Source: Bacteroidales bacterium (GTDB taxonomy: Bacteria > Bacteroidota > Bacteroidia > Bacteroidales > UBA932). From it: a stretch of DNA of 51,052 nt. The stretch spans positions 1-51,052 of the forward strand of contig JAKSJH010000001.1 in NCBI GenBank assembly GCA_024398315.1. Direction: 5' to 3'. The position numbers and the translations under genes were made by a program. The notes below the pieces were generated by a model. The model had not been told where the DNA came from, did not search any database, and saw nothing but the letters and a program-made list of their open reading frames with translations. Below are positions 37,910-48,482 of the stretch, piece by piece (positions within the stretch are counted from its first letter, which is position 1; each line of letters starts with the position of its first letter).

Positions 37910-37937
37910 TTAAATCAAGTTTAGAAGAATCATTACT

Positions 37938-38408
37938 ATGGCTGACATCCATTACATGACCCAGGAAGGGTTGGACAAGCTTAAGAAGGACCTTGCGGAA
38001 GCTCTCGCACAGCGTCCTGTCATCTCCGCTGCCATTGCGGAGGCCAGAGAAAAGGGAGACCTTTCAGAAAATGCCGAATATGACGCCGCACGCGACGCGC
38101 AGGGACTTCTCGAAGTCAAGATAGCCAAGCTCAAGGACCTCGTGGCCAACGCCAAGGTCATCGACGAGTCCCAGATCGGCACGGACAAGGTGCAGATGAT
38201 GAACAAGGTCAAGTTCCAGAACCTGACCCTCAACACCGTCATGGAGTACACCATCGTCGGTGAGACCGAGGCCGATTTCGCCAACGGCAAGCTGGCGGTG
38301 ACAACCCCTATTGCCAGGGCTCTTCTCGGCCACTCGAAAGGCGAGACAGTGGAAGCGAAGGTTCCTTCGGGAATCATGAAGCTCAAGATCCTTGACATCA
38401 CTCTCTAG
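37938..38408 (+). CDS. greA: Transcription elongation factor GreA
   Basis: 156 aa; AREKGDLSENAEYDAA, PIARALLG. Confidence 0.96.
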   Translation: MADIHYMTQEGLDKLKKDLAEALAQRPVISAAIAEAREKGDLSENAEYDAARDAQGLLEVKIAKLKDLVANAKVIDESQIGTDKVQMMNKVKFQNLTLNTVMEYTIVGETEADFANGKLAVTTPIARALLGHSKGETVEAKVPSGIMKLKILDITL

Positions 38409-38415
38409 CACTGCG

Positions 38416-38820
38416 ATGGCTACTATATTCACCAAGATAGCGAAAGGGGAGATCCCTTCATTCAAGGTTGCCGAGAACGAGGACTATTACGCGTTCCTCG
38501 ACATCAACCCCCTTGCCAAAGGCCACACTCTCGTAATCCCCAAGAACGTTGAGGACGACTACATCTTCAATCTAGACGGAGAGGTCTACGAAGGCCTCTG
38601 GGCATTCGCCCGCAAAGTTGCGGTCGCGCTGAAGGCGGCGGTCCCATGCAAGAGGGTGGGAGTGGCTGTCCTCGGGATGGAAGTTCCTCACACTCACATC
38701 CATCTCGTGCCTCTCCAGTGCGAGGGAGACCTCGATTTCCGAAAGGAGAAGCTCCAGCTTCCGGCGGAAGAAAACCAGAATATCGCAGATTCAATCCTCA
38801 AGGAATATGAAAAATTGTAG
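38416..38820 (+). CDS. HIT family protein
   Basis: MATIFTKIAKGEIP, AFLDINP, GHTLVIPK, VPHTHIHLVP histidine triad. Confidence 0.93.
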   Translation: MATIFTKIAKGEIPSFKVAENEDYYAFLDINPLAKGHTLVIPKNVEDDYIFNLDGEVYEGLWAFARKVAVALKAAVPCKRVGVAVLGMEVPHTHIHLVPLQCEGDLDFRKEKLQLPAEENQNIADSILKEYEKL

Positions 38821-39916
38821 AATCCTCCTTATTGCGGCGGCCATTTCGCTCGTTCTCGCTTCATGCTCGGACAGCGCCAGAATCAGCGGAACTCTCGAAT
38901 CCGCTCCGGACACTGATGTGGTGTTCAAGCTCCTTTCAGGCAACACCATGACCGTCCTCGACACCGTCACCACAGACGCTTCGGGAAGATATTCCTACAA
39001 GATGCCGGTGGCGAAGGGCCACCCAGAGTTCGTCTATGCCTACAAGGGTGACACCAGGATCGCCTCGCTCATCCTCCTGAGCGGAGACAATGTCAAGGTC
39101 GTCTCTGACACTCTGGGTAAATTTTCGGTGGAAGGCTCCGAGGAAAGTGTGAAACTGCAGCAGGTCGAGAACGAGTTCTCCGACTTCCTCAGGAAGATGG
39201 CTTCCTTCGCGGAGGAGGGAGACAGGACCTCGATGACCAAGGAGTACATCGACTACTACCGATCCAGGGTCTCCTATGTCGTCAGCAACTCCAAGTCCCT
39301 GTCTTCCATCCCGGTGCTCTACCAGAGCATCAGCGAGTCTTTCCCTGTGTTCAGCCAGGCTACGGACGCCATCCATTTCCAGGCCCTCCACGATTCTCTT
39401 GCAACCCTCTATCCTGAGTCGAAGTATGTCCTTTCATTGGGTGAGGATGCGAAGAAGAGGATGAACGCAATGGGAATAGCTTCGCAGATCAAGGATGCGA
39501 AGGAATCCGGATACCCTGATGTCGAAATGCCTGATGTCAACGGACGCAAGGTGAAGATCTCCGACATCGACGCCAAGGTCATCATGGTCTATTTCTGGAC
39601 TGCCACCGACCCTGGACAGAAGATGTTCAACCAGGACGTCCTCGTCCCTGTGTACAATGAATGGCACGACAAAGGCTTCGAGATATATTCAGTCTCCTTC
39701 GATGCTGACAAGGGCCTCTGGGCCAGCACGGTCAAGAGTCAGAACCTTCCGTGGATCAATGTCAACGACGGTCTCGGCCTGGCGTCCAAGACTGCTGACA
39801 TGTACAACACCCAGGGCAAGCTCCCTATCGCTTTCCTCATCATCGACGGCGTACTAGTGAACAACACCGTACAGGGAGCCAATGAGCTTCGCAAGATACT
39901 TTCTTCAAACCTCTAA
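38807..39916 (+). CDS. Lipoprotein with DUF4369-like N-domain and TlpA/AhpC-like thioredoxin fold lacking CxxC
   Basis: 369 aa; lipobox LASC; VYFWTATDPGQ at the position of FWAxWCxxC; KGFEIYSVSFD. Confidence 0.78.
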   Translation: MKNCRILLIAAAISLVLASCSDSARISGTLESAPDTDVVFKLLSGNTMTVLDTVTTDASGRYSYKMPVAKGHPEFVYAYKGDTRIASLILLSGDNVKVVSDTLGKFSVEGSEESVKLQQVENEFSDFLRKMASFAEEGDRTSMTKEYIDYYRSRVSYVVSNSKSLSSIPVLYQSISESFPVFSQATDAIHFQALHDSLATLYPESKYVLSLGEDAKKRMNAMGIASQIKDAKESGYPDVEMPDVNGRKVKISDIDAKVIMVYFWTATDPGQKMFNQDVLVPVYNEWHDKGFEIYSVSFDADKGLWASTVKSQNLPWINVNDGLGLASKTADMYNTQGKLPIAFLIIDGVLVNNTVQGANELRKILSSNL

Positions 39917-39931
39917 TAATTACAGAACACA

Positions 39932-40705
39932 ATGAAAAAGACCTTGTTGGTCCTGGCAGTGCTTGTCGCCTGCAACGCCCTTCAGGCTCAGGACAAGAAA
40001 GAATACCCGAAACCGGGTCAGATGACCCATGACATGACTGAATTCTGGGAGCCCCAGCCAAAGATTGTCGATCCTGGCAAGGAGAAGGGTGACGCCCCTT
40101 CCGACGCCATAGTGCTTTTCGACGGCAAGGACCTTTCCCAGTGGATGTCTCCGGACGGCACTGAACCTACCTGGAAAGTGAAGAACGGGGTTGCCACCGT
40201 TGTCAAGGAGAACGGCAAGGACATCCGCACGAAGCAGGAGTTCGGCAGCTGCCAGCTCCATCTCGAGTGGTGCACACCGAAGAACATAACCGGTTCAGAC
40301 CAGGGCAGAGGCAATTCAGGCGTCTATCTTCAGGGAATGTATGAAGTCCAGATCCTTGACTGCTACCAGAACGAGACCTACGCCAACGGCATGGTCGGCT
40401 CCATCTACAAGCAGTCCGCTCCTCTGGTCAATCCGATGAAGAAGCCGGGCGAGTGGAACACCTATGACATCATCTACACCGCACCTGTGTTCAAGGAGGA
40501 CGGAACCTATCTCTATGAACCTAGGGTGACTGTCCTGCTCAACGGTGTCCTCGTACAGAACAACACCACCATCCACGGCACCACTGAATTCATCGGTCTG
40601 CCTCGCACAGTGAAGCACGGTGACGGTCCGATCATCCTTCAGATGCACGGTGACCCAAGCGAACCTATCAGCTTCCGCAACATCTGGATCAGGGACCTCA
40701 GGTAG
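39932..40705 (+). CDS. DUF1080 / 3-keto-disaccharide hydrolase family protein (secreted)
   Basis: 257 aa; signal peptide, APSDAIVLFDGKDL, QLHLEW, GNSGVY, YEVQILD, GEWNTYDI, LQMHG, SFRNIWIR. Confidence 0.88.
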   Translation: MKKTLLVLAVLVACNALQAQDKKEYPKPGQMTHDMTEFWEPQPKIVDPGKEKGDAPSDAIVLFDGKDLSQWMSPDGTEPTWKVKNGVATVVKENGKDIRTKQEFGSCQLHLEWCTPKNITGSDQGRGNSGVYLQGMYEVQILDCYQNETYANGMVGSIYKQSAPLVNPMKKPGEWNTYDIIYTAPVFKEDGTYLYEPRVTVLLNGVLVQNNTTIHGTTEFIGLPRTVKHGDGPIILQMHGDPSEPISFRNIWIRDLR

Positions 40706-40720
40706 CATTTCATGACGAAC

Positions 40721-40763
40721 ATGCAGCCTCTTCCGGAGCTATGCGCCGGGGGGCTGCATTTTT
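40721..40763 (+). terminator. Intrinsic terminator after the DUF1080 gene
   Basis: ATGCAGCCTC..CCGG-loop-CCGG..GGGGCTGCAT followed by TTTT. Confidence 0.7.
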
Positions 40764-40784
40764 CATATTCAGACATATTCAGAG

Positions 40785-42593
40785 ATGAGACATTCTGCCA
40801 TATCCATGCTTGTCGCAGCTGTGCTTGCGGCAATCCCGTCTTTCGGACAGACGGTCAACAGCGATTCCTGGGCGGCGACCGACGCGCTTGGGCGGAAAGT
40901 CCGTTCCTATGAGGACGCACCACAGAAAAAGGACGGCAAGTTCGTCGCTATGTTCTACTGGACCTGGCACCGCGAGGAGAACTGCCAGCCGATGAACATC
41001 TCGGAGGTGCTCAGGCAGCACCCGGAGGCTTTGAAGGACTACGATCATCCGGCATGGGGACCGAGCAGACCTGGATGCTTCTACTGGGAGCAGCCTCTTC
41101 TGGGCTACTATTCATCCACTGACAGGTGGGTGCTCCGCAAGCATGCGGAGATGCTGGCGGATGCGGGGGTGGATGCGGTGTTCTTCGACTGCACAAATGC
41201 GGACCTTACCTTCAAGGATGCCTATGAGGCTTTGCTTGAGACCTGGGACAAGGCGCAGAAGGACGGAGTGAACGTCCCGAAGATCGCCTTCATCCTGAAC
41301 CTGTGTCCGGCTCCTACGACCAACGCATCGATCCACGAAATCTACAAGGACCTCTACAAACCGCGCCGTTACGAGAACCTCTGGTTCTTCTGGAAGGGCA
41401 AGCCTTGCATCATGGCCTATCCTGAGTCACTTGATGACAGCTCTGAAAGCCGGGAGATAGCGGACTTCTTCACTTTCCGCCCAGGGCAGCCTGACTATGT
41501 CAATGGTCCGGCACCAGGCCGTAACGACCAGTGGGGATGGCTGGAGGACTATCCTCAGCACGGGTACGTGGCAACGACGGACGATGGCGGGAACACTCGC
41601 TACGAACAGGTCACAGTCGGCGTCGCCCAGAACACCAGCCCGGACGTGAACGGTCATGCCGGAGCCTTCAATGTGAAGGATTCCTACGGCCGAAGCTTCT
41701 CGGTCAGGAAAGGATTCGATCCCCGTACCGAGGGCTACCTCTATGGATGGAACTTCTCCGAGCAGTGGGACAGAGCATACGAACTGGACCCCGAACTTGT
41801 CTTCGTCACCGGGTGGAATGAATATACCGCAGGAATGTGGCGCATCCCCGGGTGGAACGGTGATCCGTTCTCTTTCGTGGACGAATTCGACTGGGACCAC
41901 AGCCGTGACATCGAACCGAACAAGGGCTGGGGCGACAGGGGGGATGTCTATTATCTCCAGCTGGTGGACCGCGTCCGCAAGTTCAAGGGCATGACTCCCG
42001 CAGAACCTGCTACCGGGGAGAAATTCATCAGAATCAATAAGTTCTGTGATTGGGACGAGGTTGGACCATATTTCGCTTCCTACAAAGGGAACACCGCCCA
42101 CCGTGACAGCCGCGGACGTACGGGAGACCTCCATTACACCAATAAGACCGGCCGCAACGACATAGTTGGCGCGAAGGTGGCCAGGGATGACGAATATGTC
42201 TGGTTCTATGTCGAGACTGCGGAGAGGCTTACTCCGAAGACTGATCCTCACTGGATGCAGCTCTTCATCGATGTAGACCGCGACAAGGCTACCGGGTGGA
42301 ACGGCTACGATTTCGTCGTCAACAGAGTGTCTCCGGGCGGCAAGGCTTTCCTTGAAAAGAACGACCGGAACATCTGGCAGTGGGAGACCGCAGACAAGTG
42401 CAAGTACTTCAAGAAGGACAACAGACTGGTCATCCGTATCTCACGCAAGGCTCTCGGGCTTTCAGACGGACCTCTTGACATCGAGTTCAAGTGGAACGAC
42501 AACATGCAGGAGGAGGGCAGCATCATGGACTTCTACGTCAATGGTGACACCGCTCCGGGAGGGCGCTTCAACTTCGTCTACAAGACAGAATAG
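40785..42593 (+). CDS. Secreted uncharacterised glycoside-hydrolase-like protein (GH99/GH71-like TIM barrel plus C-terminal beta domain)
   Basis: 602 aa; signal peptide, MFYWTWH, PLLGYYSS.D, HAEMLADAGVD, FVTGWNE, SRDIEP. Confidence 0.62.
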   Translation: MRHSAISMLVAAVLAAIPSFGQTVNSDSWAATDALGRKVRSYEDAPQKKDGKFVAMFYWTWHREENCQPMNISEVLRQHPEALKDYDHPAWGPSRPGCFYWEQPLLGYYSSTDRWVLRKHAEMLADAGVDAVFFDCTNADLTFKDAYEALLETWDKAQKDGVNVPKIAFILNLCPAPTTNASIHEIYKDLYKPRRYENLWFFWKGKPCIMAYPESLDDSSESREIADFFTFRPGQPDYVNGPAPGRNDQWGWLEDYPQHGYVATTDDGGNTRYEQVTVGVAQNTSPDVNGHAGAFNVKDSYGRSFSVRKGFDPRTEGYLYGWNFSEQWDRAYELDPELVFVTGWNEYTAGMWRIPGWNGDPFSFVDEFDWDHSRDIEPNKGWGDRGDVYYLQLVDRVRKFKGMTPAEPATGEKFIRINKFCDWDEVGPYFASYKGNTAHRDSRGRTGDLHYTNKTGRNDIVGAKVARDDEYVWFYVETAERLTPKTDPHWMQLFIDVDRDKATGWNGYDFVVNRVSPGGKAFLEKNDRNIWQWETADKCKYFKKDNRLVIRISRKALGLSDGPLDIEFKWNDNMQEEGSIMDFYVNGDTAPGGRFNFVYKTE

Positions 42594-42598
42594 GCGGG

Positions 42599-43615
42599 TT
42601 ACTGTTGGAAATACCAGGGGCTCCGGCGTGTGGAAACCACACCGGAGCCTTCTTCGTCGATGTGACCGACGATCCTCCTGGCCCTGACAGGGTTTCTTGA
42701 ATATGTCCTGAAGTCGTTGATCCTGACCACCTGGGAGGAATGGATGAACTTGCCGTCACCGATGTACATCCCGACGTGGCTTATCCTCTCGCGTGATTCT
42801 GCGGTGGCGGCCCTACCCCAGAAGATCAGATCTCCAGGGAGCAGGGCGTCCCAGGTCAGTTCCCCTTCATCGTTGAATATCCTTATGTCTTCTCCGACTC
42901 CGGCCTGCTGGGATGCGTTCCTCGGGAGGAGCACACCGTTGGCGAAATAGACGCTCCTGGTCATTCCGCTGCAGTCGACATTCTTGATCGAAGTCCCTCC
43001 CCACATGTAGGACACACCCTTGTAGCAGAGGGCGGTGCTGACGAGGTCCTTGCGGAATCCATCCTCATCGGAGGCCTTCGACAGCCTCCCCTCGGCCCAT
43101 TCAAGGAAAGGCTCGACATCGTCGGATCGTACCCATCCTCTTTCGTCCGTCGGCAGCGTCACCTCGACATAATGACCGTGTCTGGATGGTTTCCCGTCAT
43201 CCTTCAGGCAGACTCTCAGTATGTCGCCTTGAACGAGGTCGGTGACAGTGCCGCAATGTCTTGAGGGGCTTTCCAGAACATGGGTGAACAGGGCCGTGCA
43301 GATGTATTTCGGTGCCTCCATGTACTCTCCGGCCTCGGCGGGAGAAAGCCTCCGGAGCCCCATCTCGTTGACCCATCCGTAGTAAGGCTCAGGACTCTTG
43401 ATCTTCACCCAGTAGCTTTCCTGCCCCAGGATCTCCACGAGGGTGCCCATCAGGGCCTGGTCGCCAAGTTCGGCAGTGTAGTCAGGATTCTCCCGGATGA
43501 AATTCGTGGAAAGGGTGACCACTGCCATCTCCTTGCCCGGGTCAGGTGCATCCTGGGCGGTGGCAAGAAACGGAACGGCAAGAAGGATTGCGGTCAGGAG
43601 GGCTGTCTTTTTCAT
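42599..43615 (-). CDS. NlpC/P60 (C40) peptidoglycan endopeptidase with SH3b-like domains (YkfC-like)
   Basis: Signal peptide from ATG 43615; YMWGG, VDCSG (catalytic Cys), PRNASQQ, HVGMY, FIHSS. Confidence 0.9.
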   Translation of the reverse strand: MKKTALLTAILLAVPFLATAQDAPDPGKEMAVVTLSTNFIRENPDYTAELGDQALMGTLVEILGQESYWVKIKSPEPYYGWVNEMGLRRLSPAEAGEYMEAPKYICTALFTHVLESPSRHCGTVTDLVQGDILRVCLKDDGKPSRHGHYVEVTLPTDERGWVRSDDVEPFLEWAEGRLSKASDEDGFRKDLVSTALCYKGVSYMWGGTSIKNVDCSGMTRSVYFANGVLLPRNASQQAGVGEDIRIFNDEGELTWDALLPGDLIFWGRAATAESRERISHVGMYIGDGKFIHSSQVVRINDFRTYSRNPVRARRIVGHIDEEGSGVVSTRRSPWYFQQ

Positions 43616-43638
43616 GATGTTCGGTGTCAATGTTTGTG

Positions 43639-43664
43639 CAAATATAGACAATTAAGTAGATTTG
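43639..43664. promoter_or_regulatory. Back-to-back divergent -7 boxes (NlpC/P60 and radical SAM)
   Basis: TATATTTG on minus (43646-43639) and TAGATTTG on plus (43657-43664). Confidence 0.6.
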
Positions 43665-43685
43665 CATGACCGTAACACATCCGAG

Positions 43686-46198
<2,513 letters not shown>

Positions 46199-46207
46199 TC
46201 TGGGGCG

Positions 46208-47074
46208 ATGCGCCGGATCCTTACCATAGCTCTCTGCGTGGCAGCGCTTTCATCCCTTCCGTCCTGCAAGGCCGTTTCGTCGCTCGTGCATGACGGTGAG
46301 GTCGTGGCCAGCTATGCCGACCACAAGCTCTACCGCACTGATGTCAGGAACGTCATCCCCCAAGGTCTGTCTCCCGAGGACAGCGCAAGCTTCGCCAAAC
46401 AGTACATTCTGTCCTGGGCGAGAGACAAGGCGTTCCTGGACATTGCGCAGCAGCGCCTCAGCAAGGAGGAGAAGGATGTTTCCAAGGATCTGGAGGCCTA
46501 CAGACAGGCTCTTCTGAAGTATCGTTACGAACAGCACTACATCAACGAGCGTCTTGACACTGTGGTCACCGACCGCCAGATAGACGACTACTACGACAGG
46601 AACAAGGAGGCTTTCCGTCTCGACCGTCCTGCCATGAAGGCAAGGTTCGTGACCATGGCCGGGGATTCGCCCAACTATCCCGTCCTGAAGAAGCTCATGA
46701 GCTCCGACAGACCGGAGGATGTGCTGGCCGCCGACACTCTGGCTTTCAACTCCACCCGGCACTACCACGACTATTCGGACACATGGACGGACGCCGCCCT
46801 GCTTGCGGCCGAATTCGGGACCGACTATGTCAGGATGCTTTCGAAGAAGACAGGCTCCACGATAGAGATGCCGTCTTCCGAAGAGGGGATGATGTCATTC
46901 GCATTCATCGTGGACATGGTGGATGCAGGGGAGATCCCTCCGGTGGAATTCTGCCGTGAAAGAATATGCGACCTTGTCGTCAGCGAGAGGAAACGCGACC
47001 TTCTTTTGACTTTGGAACGGGACTTGCTTGATGAAGCCCTTGCAAAGCATAAATTTGAAATTGAATCAGAATGA
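46208..47074 (+). CDS. Lipoprotein, parvulin/SurA-like foldase-associated protein
   Basis: 288 aa; lipobox LPSC; 'VTDRQIDDYYDRNKEAF' SurA/PrsA-like segment; sits between guaB and surA. Confidence 0.72.
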   Translation: MRRILTIALCVAALSSLPSCKAVSSLVHDGEVVASYADHKLYRTDVRNVIPQGLSPEDSASFAKQYILSWARDKAFLDIAQQRLSKEEKDVSKDLEAYRQALLKYRYEQHYINERLDTVVTDRQIDDYYDRNKEAFRLDRPAMKARFVTMAGDSPNYPVLKKLMSSDRPEDVLAADTLAFNSTRHYHDYSDTWTDAALLAAEFGTDYVRMLSKKTGSTIEMPSSEEGMMSFAFIVDMVDAGEIPPVEFCRERICDLVVSERKRDLLLTLERDLLDEALAKHKFEIESE

Positions 47075-48465
47075 AAAGACAATCCGTAATCGCCGTCGTC
47101 CTGGCGATGTCAGCCTGCCTGACCGCAAACGCCCAGAAATACAACTTCGTTGACAAGACAGTGGCTGTGGTCGGAAATGAGGTCGTGATGGTCTCGGACA
47201 TCGAGAACGAAATCAAGAACCAGCTCGCCCAGGGTTTCACCTCGGACAGGAACATGCGTTGTGAGATTCTGGAATCCATCCTCGAGAACAAGATATTCCT
47301 GATGCAGGCCAGGATAGACTCGCTTTCCGTCAACCAGGACAATGTCGAGAGCGGAGTCGCCCAGCAGTCGGACAGGGTTCTGTACATGCTCGGAGGTGAG
47401 GAGCAGGTACAGGCTTATTTCGGCAAGCCTCTCTACCGCATGATGCAGGAATGGAGGACTCAGTACGAGGAGATGTCGCTCATCAGCCAGGAACAGGGAG
47501 AGATCATCAACAAGCTTCCGGACACCACGCCAAACGAAGTCCGGGCCTACATGGACACGGTTGACGTCAATTCACTACCAATCGTGCCGGTTAAGTACCA
47601 GCTCAGCCAGATCTGCCTCTATCCGGACAGGGAGGCCGCCAACCTCGCCGTCCGCGAGAAACTGCTTGAGCTCCGCGAAAGGATCATCAACGGTGAAAAG
47701 TTCAGCACTCTGGCCAGGATATATTCCGACGACATCGAGAGCGCCCGCAGGGGAGGTGAGCTGGGAATGGGCTCCAAATCCTTGTACTGGCCGTCTTTCT
47801 CTGACGCCGCGATGTCACTCAGGCCGGGAGTCATCTCCCAGATCGTAGAGACTCCGGACGGCTTCCATCTGATCGAAGTCATAGAGAAGAAGGGGGACAA
47901 GTTCAACGCCCGCCACATCCTTATCCGTCCCAAGTACACGGAAGCGGACAGGGAGAAGGCTTTCAAGACCCTCGACAGCCTTCGCACAGAGATACTCAAC
48001 GAAGCCGTCTCATTCCAGATGGCCGCAAACTTCTACTCACAGGACCTGGCTTCCAGGACCAACGGCGGACAGATGTCCGACCCTCACACCGGCTCCGCCT
48101 ATTTCGAGATCGACCAGCTCAAGCCGCAGGATTACAGGGCGATCCGGAATCTGAAGGAAGGTGAGATCTCGGATCCGGTCAAGTCCACCGACAACGAAGG
48201 ACGCGAGAGCATGGAAGGAAGGTACATGGACGGCAAGGAGAACTACAAGATCATCAAGGTCGACAGGATAATCCCTTCCCATGCGGCCACTTTCGAGGAA
48301 GACTACAGTCTGATTCAGGATGCGGTCACGGATCAGAAGCAGGAGAAGGCGCTGGACGAGTTCCTTCAGAACAAGGTCAAGGAGGTCAGTATAATCATCG
48401 ACCCTGTCTTCGGTGAGTGTGATTTCAAACGTGCTCTCTGGAAGGAGAAAATCAGAAAAGACTGA
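47071..48465 (+). CDS. surA: SurA-like periplasmic peptidyl-prolyl isomerase
   Basis: 464 aa; DKTVAVVGNE, FSTLARIYSDD..SARRGGELG, VETPDGFHLI, ARHILIRP; two parvulin domains. Confidence 0.85.
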   Translation: MKRQSVIAVVLAMSACLTANAQKYNFVDKTVAVVGNEVVMVSDIENEIKNQLAQGFTSDRNMRCEILESILENKIFLMQARIDSLSVNQDNVESGVAQQSDRVLYMLGGEEQVQAYFGKPLYRMMQEWRTQYEEMSLISQEQGEIINKLPDTTPNEVRAYMDTVDVNSLPIVPVKYQLSQICLYPDREAANLAVREKLLELRERIINGEKFSTLARIYSDDIESARRGGELGMGSKSLYWPSFSDAAMSLRPGVISQIVETPDGFHLIEVIEKKGDKFNARHILIRPKYTEADREKAFKTLDSLRTEILNEAVSFQMAANFYSQDLASRTNGGQMSDPHTGSAYFEIDQLKPQDYRAIRNLKEGEISDPVKSTDNEGRESMEGRYMDGKENYKIIKVDRIIPSHAATFEEDYSLIQDAVTDQKQEKALDEFLQNKVKEVSIIIDPVFGECDFKRALWKEKIRKD

Positions 48466-48482
48466 TAGAATCCGGGAATCTG

